From Gracilinanus agilis (Eukaryota), in contig NC_058131.1 of assembly GCF_016433145.1 (NCBI RefSeq), positions 268,018,956 to 268,082,955 of the forward strand: DNA of 64,000 nucleotides. Direction: 5' to 3'. The notes under the pieces are model-generated. The model saw only the letters and a list, made by a program, of their open reading frames with translations. It ran no database searches and was not told the DNA's origin. Positions 11,490-24,830 of the stretch are shown piece by piece. Both the position numbers and the translations under genes were made by a program. How positions within the stretch are numbered: the first letter of the stretch is position 1; each line of letters begins with the position of its first letter.

Positions 11490-12560
11490 TAAATCATATT
11501 TTATTTTCAAAAAAAAGATCAGTCTTCTTTCTCTCCCATTTCCACTTCCCCAGGAGAAAGCAAGGTGGGAAACCCTATTATAAGCACATATATAGTTAAG
11601 CAAAACACAATTTTTCATTGATCATGTCTAAAAAAAAAAAAAATGTCTCCATCACTGTCAGGAAGCAAGCAGCATGTTTCATTGAGTCATCAAGAATTGT
11701 GATTGGCAATTTTGTTGACAAAGAGTTCCCAAGGTTTATACACATGGATACCTCCACAGCCACATTTTTTTAATCAGTCAAAATTCACCTTCTTCTCTTG
11801 AACCCTCATCCCTCCACGTCCACTGAGAACACAAGAAAAAGAAAACTCATTACAGACATGTATAGTCAATCAAAACAACTTTTTACACTGTCCATGTCCT
11901 AAAAATAGTTCTCATTTTGTAATTTGAGTCCTTCCCTCTTTCACAAGGTGGCTAACATGTTTTGTCATTAGTCTGGTTGAATCCTGGTGAGGCATTATGT
12001 AGCTAGGAGTTCAGCACAATATTAATCCATCACATTTATATGTCATCACCATTCCCCAATTTAGGGTACCCTCCCAACATGATTCCCATTTTTTGTCATC
12101 TCAAGAAGAACTATGCATTTTTTAACATGATTAGAATTTTACTTGGAACTAATTACTCCCTCAAATCTAATTCTCTTCTAATTCTCCCTATGCCCTTTTC
12201 TCCATTCTCACCTATTTTACCATTGTATGAAATATATTTCGTGTGTGTTTTCTGTTGACCAGTTCAGATGAGAGTGAGGTTCAAGTGTTAAATGCTCCCT
12301 TTCACCTCCAGTTCCTTGTTTATATAAATAACTACTTGTTCACCCTGATTATGGGAAATAATTTCCCCTAACTTTCCTTTCCCTCTCTATCATCCCAGTG
12401 TATTCCTCTTCCCCTCTCTTTCCATTCCTAAGATTATAAAGACAGAACCACCCTCAGGCCTTATTTAGACTTTCTATGAACACACAGGATAATTCAGAGG
12501 AGAGATCTATCATCTCCCCATATTTGATTATAAGTAGTTTATTCTTTCAATAAGTATTTA
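11490..12560 (-). mobile_element. Marsupial L1 3'-region fragments, two related pieces in tandem
   Basis: Two similar blocks (...aagcaaaacacaattttt...catgtctaaaaa / ...aatcaaaacaacttttt...catgtcctaaaa) that resemble reversed old marsupial L1 3'UTR. Confidence 0.5.
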
Positions 12561-13399
12561 AGTGCTTACAAATACTGGGCTGGGGATACAAATAATTTTG
12601 AAAGCTTATATTCTAATGGCACAATAAGAATCTATAGAGAATGAATATAAAGAAAATAATTGTAAAATGGTCAAATACAAAGTGATCTGAGAAGAAGCAG
12701 CTGACATCAGAAAGGGCTTTCTGGTTTACCTGGACTGTGTCTTGAAGGAAGAAAATGATTTTATGAGGTGGAGCTAAGGAAATAATACATTCTAGATATG
12801 ACAGGCAGACAGTGAAAATGCAAAACAAATATTTTTACCACTCTGTGCATGACCTGCTAAATATCAGTATCATATGAAGTATGCATGCTTACTGAAGTCA
12901 TGGAGTACCTCTTATTTCAATTCCCTAAACAGAATAAATTCTCTGTAGATGGTAAATTCTTCAAATATTTCTACTCACAGGTGATTTATTCATAATACAA
13001 GCTTGTTGGATTGGGATGACATTGTTTCAAATGCATTAAATTTCAAAAAATTGCAAAGATTCTCCAAAAGCCAGTCATTTGAAAGATCTAGTAGATATAC
13101 TGGAAATACAAAGTGGATTTAAAAAAAAATATCTTGATATACAGTAATTCTCCCCTTTCCCCTGCCTTCTATTCCCATTTCATGTTCCACTGTTTGTTAC
13201 CTGCAGTCTGGGTCAGTGGAGTGGGGCAAAGATCTTTGTGCAAGGATCTACCCTTGGTAGTGGTCTGCCTGCAGCTGGTGGCCTCAGTTCTGTTTTCACC
13301 CAGGATGTTTTTTAAAAGTTTATTATTATTATTATTATTATTAGTGAAGAGGTAGGAGACAAGGTACAGGAGCAGGGAGAGAGTACTATACAGTAAAGT

Positions 13400-13675
13400 T
13401 AACATATGAACTGAAAGTTAAAGCAAGAATTGTCCAGTTTTAGGTATCCACTGGGGGGTTTTTGGAACATATTCCCCATGGATAAGGGGAGACTTTGATT
13501 TTGGTAATATCTTATAGGGTGTTTATCAATTAAATTTTATTATATATGTGTATATACAAGAAAATCACATCATATATGGGGTCAACAGATTTTTATCTTA
13601 TAACCATGACTTCAGCCATCCACAGTAGGTCTTGAGCCATATCACCCATGGATAAGGAGACCCTACTATACAGCT
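13400..13675 (+). mobile_element. TcMar-Tigger (MER2/Tigger4-like) remnant with two terminal copies
   Basis: atccactggggggtttttggaacatattccccatggataaggggagact (about 13446-13495) and atccacagtaggtcttgagccatatcacccatggataaggagaccctacta (about 13619-13670) both resemble the Tigger end ...tccccgcggataagggggactactg. Confidence 0.55.
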
Positions 13676-14169
13676 AATGCATTGATCTGTTTTGGTTGAC
13701 TATACTTTTTATTATTATGGCTTCATGTGGAGTTGTTGAGTAGTAACTGTGATGGAAAAAAAGGAAATAAAAATTGTCAGTGAAAGATTAAACAAATATA
13801 TTGAGGGAAATGGATGTTCAGAAAAGAACAGACAAGTATGATTTTTGTTATTATTATGTTTAATATACTTTTTTAAATTATGTAACATTTATATAATTAT
13901 ATAAATTATTCGATGTTCCAGATACAATTGCATTTCTCCCCTGCAGATTGAAATGTTTACATCAAGTTCATAATGAAAAATTTTAGTTTAAAAAATGGTC
14001 TACCCATATTGCAACATATAACTAAAGGAATAGCCTACTCATTTTATCTCAATAAATTCATCTTGGACAGGTACTGAAGAGGGACAACCATCTCATTAGC
14101 TCCTATTCATTATCATCTTTTTTCAGTTGATTCTCATATCTATTTATCTCAGATTCTTTATCTAGCTCT

Positions 14170-15070
14170 AACCTTTTTCTTGAGTCCAAGCTCATATCAT
14201 CATCTGCTTACTGGATATTTCATGGTATACAAGATATTTTCCAGATATCTTGAACTCAACATGCACAAAAGAGAACTCCTTATCACTCTGCCCAAACCCT
14301 CCCCTCTTCTGAACTTGATATTACTTTCTATGGCACCACCATCTTCCCAGTCATGCAGACTCATAGTCTCAGTATACTCTCGACATTATTTACACTTGCC
14401 TCACATATCCGATCTGTCGCCATTTCTACCTTCTTACACATAAGCCCTTTCTCTCCTTTCACACCACCTTCATTCAGGTCTCATCACCTCACCTGCAATA
14501 GCCTGCTGACACAAATCTCCCTATTTCAAAGTTTCTCGACATTCTGGTCCAACTTCATCTTAGTTACCAAGATGACCTTCCTAAAGCCCAGATCTAACCA
14601 CATTATGATCACCTGCACCTAAACCCTATCAATAAATTTCAGTGGTTCCTTATTACCTCCAGGATTAAATATTAAAATCCTCTGTTTGGGTTTCAAAACC
14701 CATCATAATCTGGACTCTCCTTGCCTTACTAGCCTTCTTATACTTTACTGCCCTCCACATACTCTTCAGATACAGAGACACTGGTCTCCTTGTGGTCCCA
14801 TTCACTAGACTCTTGGCATCTTGACTCTGCCTTCACACTGCCTATCCCTTGTGCCTAATGTGTTCTTTCTCCTGGCATTCACTTTGAGCTCCCTGGATTC
14901 CTTCAAGACTCAGCTCAAATCATACCTTTTGTAAGCTTTTCCTGGTTCCCTAACCCATTCCCGCCCCCCCCCTTGCCTTTCCTCTCATTTGTACTGTTTA
15001 TATCTTGTAATGCACATGGTTGTTTGCATGTTGTGTTCATCATTAGAAGACAAGCTCCTTGAGGGCAAAG
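14170..15070 (+). mobile_element. L2 3' portion
   Basis: tatctctagctct...atatcttgaactcaacatg...gatgaccttcctaaag...ctccttgaggg series of L2 landmarks. Confidence 0.7.
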
Positions 15071-17744
15071 AAAAAAGGATTTATTAGGTGCCTAGAAAGT
15101 GCCAGGCACTGTGCTAAACACTCTACAGGCATCTCATTTGGTCCTCATAACAAATCTGGAAAGAGATCCCTATTTTATAGTTGAGGAAACTTATAGCAGA
15201 GGTTAAATGGAGTAAGTTAGGGTCTGAAGCCAAATCTGTATTTGGGTCTCCACTGACTTCTGACTTCTGCCACCTAGCTACCACTATGGCAGGGGCCTTA
15301 GTTTTACTTTATTGCATTCCCAGGGTTTATATTGCCTTGTATTTAATAAATGCTTCCATAATGCTTCTGACAATCACAAAGTCCCAAATTGTTAACACTT
15401 AATATTCTAATACATACTCAAAAGCCATGGAAAAATTGCAAGCTGCAACAGGGGAGAGAGCATTTGGTGATAATGGATCCATCAAAGTATGGGAGGTATA
15501 CTAATAAATAAATAATGTTGAAATTTCTAACCTGAAAAAAAAATTCCTACTTTGGTGTATTTATCCTTAGTTTTTACTGAGACTTTGAGAGTTCTAGCCC
15601 TATAAATGACAAAGAAATGAGAATAGGTAAGGGGAAGATGCAATAAAAACATAAAAACATGTAGCAGCAGATCCATCCAAGGTCTTGTCCAAGGCCAGGC
15701 CAAGTCTGTTCTCTAAGAACTAAATGAACAGTCCATCAATCCACTGCCAATATGCATAAGATTTCTCCTGTTGGAGATGGACATGGATTGGACACATGAA
15801 ACAATGATATGCATTTTATAACACATCTAACTGGAATTAGGAGTGTAATGTGTGGCCACAGAAAAAGCAAAGCTACCTGAACTAGTGGAGAACAAACTGG
15901 TCACAGATATGGAAGCCTGCTCTACCAGCTTGGTAATAAACTACTACTTCCTTGAATGACTTTGGAAGAGCTTAACTAGCTTTTTTCTTGAACTCTTCAT
16001 TGTAAGGGCCTATAGGGAAAGAAGTAAAGCTTTGCATGCTAGCATAGAGAGCTGCAAAGTTATAATTCTACACAAAGCTCTAAACCTATCCTGTTCAGGA
16101 ACTACTGCTTGGGTCCAGTAATAGCAGCACATATTTATAAAACATGATGGCAGAAAGGAGGGGAGGTCCAAGTCTGTGATTTCTTCTAGTGGGAACTCAC
16201 AATGGGGAAACTCCCATTGCTAATACTCATTAGGAGCTGGTGTTGATTATACTCCTATTGATGGAGTCAGAGAGAGGTTCAGTGACTCATTTGCCTGGGG
16301 TCATGCTGCTGGCCTATCAGAGAAGGGATGGGAACCCAGGCCTTGCCTTTAGGGTTGGTTTCTTCATTATGCTGGTCTCTAGTTTTAATTGTGGGTTCCT
16401 CACAACAAGGTTCTATGGTAAAAACAAGGGTGGCCTGCAATTTAAAGTCTCAGTCATTTGTTAGCTTTGTCCTAGAGGACTGTGGTTTGCCTTACATATA
16501 GAAGGTGAACAATGTGGATGCACTTACTAAGGGTCTAGGATAGATACAAAAAAGTAATGCCTAACACAGGTATTACCTGGTTTCATCTAATTGTTTTTTG
16601 TATTCTCTGTGGTTGTATACATTCTTATTTTAACACCTCAAAAATGAGTTGTTTGCCAGTGCCCTCCTGAACATAAAGACAGCTGTGAGAGGAATGTCCT
16701 GCCCTTTGCCAACCCATCCAGGTGGAATGAATGCCACACCACACGAGAACTTTGAAAAACAAAACATTTTATTGCTAATTTTTATTTTTACATTACCTAC
16801 ATGTCCCCAAATGTCTTTCCCCACTTCCCCTCACAGAGACATCCTTTTAATGAAGAATAAAAAAAGAGAGGAGGGGGAAAACATTTCAGAAAAAAATAAC
16901 CAACACATTGACTCTAACATATACATACATTGGAGCTTCTTAAAAAATATTTCTAAATTCCCCAATCTGTCTAATATTTCCCCTGGTCTAATTAGTTGGG
17001 GAAAAAAAGGAATTCCTTATGCTGGGAGAATAATCCTTAGGCCCAGAGCCTAATATTAGCAAGGAAAAAAGAAAGAAAGAATGGATAAAATAATAAATGA
17101 GTTTATCTTCAGAATTCTAATAGTTCAGGTTCTGGGGAGTAGGAGAGGAACTGTGTATCTGGTTAACCTCATCTAGACACAGTGACACAAGTGGTCAACT
17201 TCCATTAAGTTAACACTGAGTGCAAATGGCACAAATATTTCTCCAGGATAAGACAGGAAAATGTTCCTACGGATTCACAAAAATGTTTGTTGACATTTCT
17301 GATTTCAATGTGAGGACACTAGTTCAGCAACTTCTCTTACTCCATCTGCCACAATAATAGAGAGGCTACTATAGCCTCAGAGCTCCAACCTGCCAAACCA
17401 CAATCAGAAACTTTACAATCTCCTAGTCGTATCTTGATCTGGGGGAAATCTCCAGTGGTGAAAGTAACCAAGAGGCCATATCATCATATCTCTTTTTTTA
17501 AAATTCTTCTCTTAGTGTAGTTGATGTTCCAAACTTTAAAATGAGCCAACCTACACCCATTTTTCTTTGCTAAAGAAAGAGCTTCACAGAGTCCCGGGTA
17601 CAAAGAAAGTATCATCAACCTGACATGCACTCAGAGATAGGCCAGAGGAAAACTGGGAAAAAATCACTCACCTTTCCATGGCTTCTTTAGTACTCAGAGA
17701 AATGAGAGTGCATTGTTTCTTAAAAATAGTGGAACAACAAAATG

Positions 17745-18000
17745 TTGATAATAATTCAAATTTGTGTAATATTTCAAAGTCAATAAAGTGCTTTATAGAG
17801 TCTCATTTGATCCTCATAATCACCTTGAAAGGAAGATATCATTATTACCCAGCATCTTAGAGTTAGTTGAAGAACCTGAAGCTCAAGCAAGTTACATGAC
17901 TTGCCCAGGGTCAAAGAGCTCTTCAATGTCCCAAGGCAGAATCTGAATCTAGGTCTTCTTGACTTCAAATCAGGCCTCTGTCCAACATGGTATACTGCCT
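17745..18000 (-). mobile_element. MIR/CORE-SINE
   Basis: ctcatttgatcctcataatcacc...gacttgcccagggtca...gaatctaggtcttctt reversed CORE pattern. Confidence 0.7.
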
Positions 18001-18464
18001 AAAAACTCTAGTTCTCTTGCCTTCTCTTTCCCTGTAGAGGAAAAACTGGTTGTATCTGTGGGGTAACTGAGTGACTCTGGGCTGCGATTCCAATACCACT
18101 AAATCAGTCTACACTATAGACCTGGGTCAAGCCCCTGGCTTGGGAAAAGTGTCCATCTTTTGAACCTACTTTTGATGTGAAAAGGAAGAAGCTACTACTC
18201 AGGTCACCCCATGGACTGAAGCACTGGAAATGCCCTGTCTGTGTGTGAGAGAGAGGGTGACTGAGACACAGCTAAGCCTTCCTGATGCCCTGATGTATTC
18301 GCAGTTGGGTCAGACACTCAAAGACAAAGGGCTAAATATATAATCTCTTAGGGCTAGAGCTGCTGGTTCAATGAAGTCTGTATTTCAAACTGCAAGCTTC
18401 TTGTCCAGTTGAAGCTGAGGCGTTTTTAGCAGACACCATTTGAGAAACACAATATCATAATAAA

Positions 18465-19968
18465 AAACTCATTTAAAGTACTTTTTTTATTGATTTCATT
18501 GAAAACAGAACAAGAAATGGTCTGAGCCAAAAGACTGCTCTTAAAACTGTCAAAAACATTTTAACAGAAAAAAATAAACATGACCGCATTATGAATGTTT
18601 TAGAAGAGTTGCACAAAAAAACCCACGGTTACTGCACTAATTACAGTATTTAAAAAGATAGATGCAAAAAAAATTGTATGACCTGCCAAGCCATCACACA
18701 AAAGTTGATGGCAAATTTATTCACACTACAATACTAACAATTTAAAAAAAGGTTCTCCTGCATTTTATACTAAAATCACTTTGTTCTTTTTATACAATTG
18801 ATAGTTTATATTCACTTGGTGAGTAAAAATCACACCAGAATCAGCACCGTTGTTTGTGTTGTTTTTTTTTTATTTTTTGTTTGTCCTAATGTTCAATAAT
18901 GGTAGAAAATAAATCAGTTTATTAATCATCATAGCATGTGGCTTAAAAATTAAAAGGTGCCCAGCATCAAATAAACTGACAGGAGCAGACGAGCTGGTGC
19001 GCTGGTATCTTCTCCCTGTTACACAATCCTTGGCTCTCCTCAGCTCTTACTGAGCTCAACAGCCTCTCAAAGAAATGCCAGTCAGAGGTTTGATATATGT
19101 GTCTAGATATATATATATATTTCTTAAAAAGCAAACCGATTTTTCCAAGTTAGTGTCTTGTACAATCCCTTTAAAACTTCCTCCCTAAGACTGTTAATGT
19201 GAAAGAAGAGACAAATCCTTCTGTAATGTGTCACCCGTGGAAACAAACACTGAACCAGTAACATGCCGAGGAGGCCTCAAAGGAGGCCAGACTCTTAACG
19301 GAGACAGCTTGTAGGAGTGATGGTGGCTTTGGCAGGCTGGCACAAAATAGGGGTTCAAGAAAGAAAAGGACTCCAGAAAAGTGAGTTTGATGACTAACAG
19401 ATTTCGTTTAGAAGAGTGTGCACTGCCCAAAATGATCTCGACAGCATCACTGGGAATCACCAGATCCAGAGGACGAAATTAAACTTCAAAATGCACAAAA
19501 ACCACCATCAGAAACTCAGAAGGCCTGTGCCAAGTGAATCAATTCTGGAAACTTTAGGAAGAGTGACGTCAAGTACTTTAAAGTTCACTGTCACGGACTG
19601 AAACATTGCTTGACTGAATGGCCTTTTCTAACTAGTAATGCCATTATGAGATGGTTGGGAGCCCCTCCCTTGCCTCTGACAACACCCATAGATGGTGTTT
19701 CTGACATTTTCCCTAGTAAAATGGGTCATCCCATCTCTCCCCACCCCCGCCCCCCTAGCCCCAGGCTACTGAACTGGGAACTTACCGGAAACAAAAAAGT
19801 ATTCAGCATGTTATTTCATAATTCCTCAAGTAACAGTCGGTGGCACAGCCCCTAAATCTTATGACCTCTTGGACTTCATTTGTAGATTTCTTGTCCTCTT
19901 TAAATGGAAATTTAAACAATATTTAAATCTAGAGAGTTGAAACAATGTCAGTTTTGGTGATCAGGGCC
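18465..19968 (-). other. EHMT1: EHMT1 3'UTR (end approximate)
   Basis: Apparently repeat-free sequence downstream of the stop codon, with four AATAAA hexamers at 18918-23, 18869-74, 18716-21 and 18486-91. Confidence 0.65.
18486..18491 (-). terminator. EHMT1: Distal EHMT1 polyadenylation signal AATAAA
   Basis: AATAAA on the minus strand followed by a U/GU-rich downstream element (gagttttttattatgatattgtgttt). Confidence 0.6.
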
Positions 19969-20149
19969 TCAAAAAGGGTCAGCAGCTGCAGCAGAGCTAG
20001 TGTCTGGGAGCCCGTTCTCTTGGGTATCCTGGGAAGAGCTGGCCTGACGCTGGGCCAGGGCTGCACTGGAGTGTTTGCACTTGGGGGATCCACATTGACA
20101 GCTAAAGAACTTGCCTTTGATGTCCCAGAATCTGTCTCCATAGTCAAAC
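19969..20149 (-). CDS. EHMT1: EHMT1/GLP last coding exon (end of SET, post-SET, C-terminal tail)
   Basis: Branch-like ccctgac, then tctcttttcag|G TTT GAC TAT. Translates (G)[59 protein letters not shown]. 181 nt, phase-compatible with the upstream exon. Confidence 0.96.
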
Positions 20150-21302
20150 CTGAAAAGAGATCAAATCAGGGGTCAGGGAGAGAGAGGGGAGTAATAAGTC
20201 ATGGCATCATAGCAAGAGAGGCTTTTACCATAGATCTTAACTTCCTCAAAGGTCTTTCTCTTCTTCCCAGGTTCCAGCACATAACAAATATTTCCTGAAT
20301 GAATTAATTAATTAATAGATGGGTAAATGCTAGGCTGGTTGGGTACAGGGGGAGGTATCTGCATTGATTTTACTGTGATACAGTTAAAGAACAGAAATAT
20401 GTAGGGCCCTTAAACGTTTTTACTTCTATTGAATCAATTAATACTGATTAATGAAATGCTGAGGGAAATCCATTTTTCATTCATTATTCACCTTACTTAG
20501 TTATTATCTCTACCTAAAAGATATGTCTTTTTTTTTGGGGGGGGGGGTGCTGCTTCAGACTTAGGTAGGAAAGGAATAAATTCTAAAATCAAAACACTGT
20601 GAACAGCAGCTCCTAAGAGATCCTATGTGGAGGAAAAAACCATCTATCAGTTTTCAATATGCAATCTACCCTAGTGTCAATTTCCTGTAGGTAAGATAGT
20701 TGGGGAAAAGGTAAAGACCTTAACAAAGTAGAAGCACATGTATGTCTTATACGAGTTTGCCCAAAGCACCCATTTATCTAGACAGTAAACACTGAAAGTT
20801 TATTTCCTAGATTTTAGTGACTTTGATTTCTATTATAAAAGGCCCATAGGAAGAGGTTAATGTGGTCAAAAAGATACTGTGATCTGCATTTTCATTCTCA
20901 TTTTGCCAAAGGTTCATGGCAGTACAGTGGAAGCTAGGTGCAGGGTTCTAGGCTTCAGGGAGTCAAACTATTAAACAAAGAAGGGGGAAAAGGGGAAAAT
21001 AAATTTACAAGGGGAAAAGAAAGAAAATATGAAGACCATATGCTGGAAAAGAGATTAACTGTCCATGAATGCTTTATAGATTAGTATTATCTAGGAACCA
21101 CAGAAAGGCTGTTTACCCATAGCTGGAAGTTCAAGATCTTATAGGAAATTTCATTTGAAAGAATTTATACACTGCAAATTGGGAGAGGACTCCAACCCCA
21201 CCCCCAACTGTATAGGAACATGACTAAGGATGTGGAATAGTGTATATACTGTCAAGCATAATTGATGGGTTTATAGGTTTTTCTGAATTGCTTTTTCCCT
21301 TC

Positions 21303-21450
21303 TTTTTAAAAAATCTTAGGAATCAATACTGTCCATTGGTTCCAAGGCAGAAGAGTGGCAACGGTTAGGTGATAGAGGTAAAGTGACTTGCCCAGGGTCA
21401 CACAGCTAGGAAATATGGACACAAGACTTCCCATCTCTAGACTTGGCTTC
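21303..21450 (-). mobile_element. Partial MAR1-like SINE
   Basis: ttccaaggcagaagagtgg...aaagtgacttgcccagggtcacacagctagg. Confidence 0.75.
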
Positions 21451-22306
21451 TAGTTGTGCCATTCCCCTTTGCCCCTGACACTTTAAAAAATAATAATAAT
21501 AATAAATCAGACATGATATATACCTCAGTTTTATTTAATGGCCAGTTAAGGTAATCAGAATAAGATAAAATCTTGCTTGTCTTTTTCACCTGGACCAGCG
21601 ATGTTATTGGTCAAGTGGGGCCACTCAGTGGTAAGTTACTGCTGGAGAGAACTGCCCAGAATACAGAGTCAATGATACTTATGGTATTTAGCTAGTGTGT
21701 AACAGAAGCAGAGATGGACCCGAATGCTTCCTAATTCCAAGGTGACTCTCCACTCACTATATAATGCTAACTCTCTCATATATGAAAGAACAATTAAATA
21801 TATGTATAATGAGGCAGAATGTATTCATGGGTAGCAAGGTCCCTATTCCTGGAAATGTTCAAGCAGAGTTAAAAGACCAATCTTCAGGAGATCTTAGAAA
21901 GAGAGACTAGGCATGTAAATCTGGGAGATTTCAATGTGCTCGGGAAGGGGGGGTGGGGGTGGGGGGATTGTGGAACAGGAATTTCATCCCTTCCCCGCCT
22001 CCTGGATTATCGAACTAGTTCATCCCATTTTGCATTCCAGTGCTACATCCATGAACATGAAATGCACAGGGATATGTACATGGGATGGGAGATAAGAGGG
22101 ATAGTACTGAGACTCACAACTGTCTCTATTCCCTGGACAGCAATGTGAGAGGCTGGCTGATAGTCATGCAGGTACAGCAATCACATGATCAGACTTAGGT
22201 TAGAAAATAGGTTTTAAACTTCTACCTATTTGCTTTCTTTATTTCAAGTGATTATTAATAAACTTTATGGAAAATAAGAACCTGGAGTTATTAATTTAAA
22301 TCTAAC

Positions 22307-22822
22307 AGTAGTGTTTAGTCTCCATTTATATCATGATTACCCTTGCTTTGTAGGATTTCCTTGCTATGCTGTTAAAACATATGATTTAAGAGAAATATTT
22401 TAATAAATAAAAACAATTGGGAAATAGGAGAATAGGTATAAGAAGTACCACCCCCCGATTTGGAGGTCCTTTTTGGAAACTTCCTGTTTTTGTCAAATGC
22501 TCTCATAACCTTCTGATGTAAAATATTACATTAATCAAAACCTGTATCTCAGTCAGTCAGCAAGGCTTGTCATCCCTAGGGACTGTACCAATTTTCTAAT
22601 TTCTCATTTTTTTTCCTTTTTTAAAAATAATCTAAGATTTACTCAAGATTATATGCAGCCTCATTATCAACTATTACAATGCTCTGTAAACCCCCAGATG
22701 GTATTCTTGGTTTCTGATAAGTTTTGGATCCCATTTATTTGTAATTTCTAGCTTTGCTAATAAATTGTTGTGCTTGGAACTGTGTTGCCTCAGTTTGTTT
22801 TTATTACAGATGTCTATAATGA
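22307..22822 (+). repeat. 5' LTR of the intronic ERV
   Basis: Shares tccatttatatc.tgatta, cattaatcaaaacctgtatctcag, attatcaacta and ctttgctaataaa blocks with 30598-31118. Confidence 0.8.
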
Positions 22823-22826
22823 AAAT

Positions 22827-22844
22827 TGGTAAGCCAGCTAGAAG
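22827..22844 (+). promoter_or_regulatory. Primer-binding site, tRNA-Arg(ACG)-like
   Basis: TGGTAAGCCAGCTAGAAG versus TGGCGAGCCAGCCAGGAG: 14/18, all four differences are transitions. Lies just after the 5' LTR. Confidence 0.7.
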
Positions 22845-23549
22845 GTCAAGCACTGGGACCTAGCCCTTTCCAAGGAATGCCCTAGAGTGCTCCAGTTAAC
22901 TGAGAGACTTCTCTAAGGAGAGCTGTCCCAGAGATTAGACTCAATCCCCATTCCCACTTCAATATGAATTTCACTGAGTCAAGGCAAGCCCCTGAATGAG
23001 GGGAACATCATCTATAGGACAAAGGGATTTTTGTTTCAGATAGGGTAAATAGAGAAGTCTCTCCTGAAGGTAGGAAAATCCCTATTCCAGGTACAGGAAC
23101 CTCTCCTACAAGCTAGAAAAGATAATATTTCTTCTGCAAAGAAATTCCTTTTATAGAGGATTCTCTCTTAAAAGTTGGAAAATTCCAGAGACACTGAATT
23201 AATTCCTGAGTTCAAGAAACTGAAAATAAGACTCTGAAATTAATTTTTGACTCTTGACAAAGAAGCACTATTTGAACTCAATCTGATTCTAAAATCGCTG
23301 TAGTCTAAAATCAATCTTACTTTATTTCCTTTTTGTAAGCAAAAGAGAAAAATCCTATTTAGTTAATTCCCATTAACTCCCATGCAAGACTTTCATGGGC
23401 ATTATTTTGCTCCCATTTTGGTAGAACTCTTAAGGAAAATCCAGAAAGAGCATTCCTAGGGAGATTCTTACTAGTGATTTTCTAAGAAAAGAAAGAGTTT
23501 TTTTTGTTTTGTTTTGTTTTTAACAACAACAACAAAAAAATCTTTTGAA

Positions 23550-23874
23550 GGATGCCTCAAGATAGTGATGGGTATAGCATTAGTATAACAATGGGATCCC
23601 TCTTGGAAAAGTTCCTTAAATCTTAGAACCAGACAAACTCTCAGTTCAGGTGGGTATGACAAAGATGCACACTATTAAACTGGGTGAGCTTTGGTCTAAG
23701 TTTGTAAGAGACTCAGCTGATAAATTATTCTGGCCTCAAGGTGGTACTTCTGATTATTGTTTATTAAAGAAATTTAGGCTGGCTATTGAACAAATTCATC
23801 CAAAGCAAATATCCAATAGTTTTTGTACAATAGATTTTGCTGGCATCTCTGATACCTGGGGTCTCTTAAAAGGT

Positions 23875-23933
<59 letters not shown>

Positions 23934-24830
23934 CTCCTCTTCCTACTAAGGTAAGAAATATTGCTTCTTTTGAAAATGAAGGACTGGCTACAGCTCATTG
24001 AAAATGAGCTACTTGGCTACTTTCTCTCCAGGAAAGATATTATATATACATAATACCACCTAGATAGGAAATATGGTGTCTTTAAGACTCTATAAACCTT
24101 TCAGTCCCACTGACCTCTCCATATGGAAGAGAAACACTACTAAATTTTAGAGAAATCCTACATTTATAATAATCCAATTTAAGGCCTTCTGTAGGGGTCA
24201 TAATCTGACCTGGGAAGCTGTAACTGAGTTAATAGAAACCCTGTTCTCCTCTGGGGAAAGAATTCTCATCCTAGAGACTGCCTCAGCTGGCCCAGGGTTG
24301 GGGTCTTCTCAACTGACCTTTGCAAGACTTCCAAAAGAATCCTTACAACCCAACCAATTTCACAGCTATCACAAGCTAGGACATCCTTAATCAAGGAAAT
24401 AGAGGCATAGCCATTCTTCCTGAAAAATAGAGCAAATTGCACAAACTCATCTAGTAAGAGAATATAACTCGTTACTGCCTTTATGACCAGTTGTGTAAAA
24501 ATGCTCTGATATGCAGAGTTAGATCCAATCAATTTGAGAGATGCTAGTACTATTAATTTGGTCTTTGTTAGCCCATCCATGCCAGAAATATAAAATGATT
24601 TCTATAAGTTGCCCTGGGTAGCATGAAAAGACCACTGGCAAACTGAAAAGTATAGCTTAATGTTATGAAGGAAGAGAAAAAAAGAAAGTAAAACATAAGC
24701 AAAAAACTCAATCTTGGTTGCCCAAACATCTCTGGCTCCTTTTCACACTCCTACTGATAACTGAGAGACACGTGAATGTTTTTACTGTCACAAGAAGGGA
24801 CATCTTACTAAAAAGGTGTGTTGAAGATTT
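23550..24830 (+). pseudogene. gag: ERV gag remnant
   Basis: MA-like WPQGGTSD (ORF 23650-23949). CA-like xLINLVFVSPSMPEI near 24550 (cf. FVxQSxPDIRxKLQKL). Zinc knuckle CFYCHKKGHLTKKVC at 24777-24821. Confidence 0.75.
23881..23929. repeat. (CT)n microsatellite inside the gag remnant
   Basis: About 24 CT units. This is the source of the SLSLSL and REREREE ORFs. Confidence 0.97.

Noticed and set aside
19564-19571. Perfect CRE TGACGTCA in the EHMT1 3'UTR
   Set aside because: A single 8-mer is expected by chance in 64 kb, and there is no promoter context.
23783-23998. ORFs with RERERE / SLSLSL repeats
   Set aside because: Translation of the (CT)n microsatellite.
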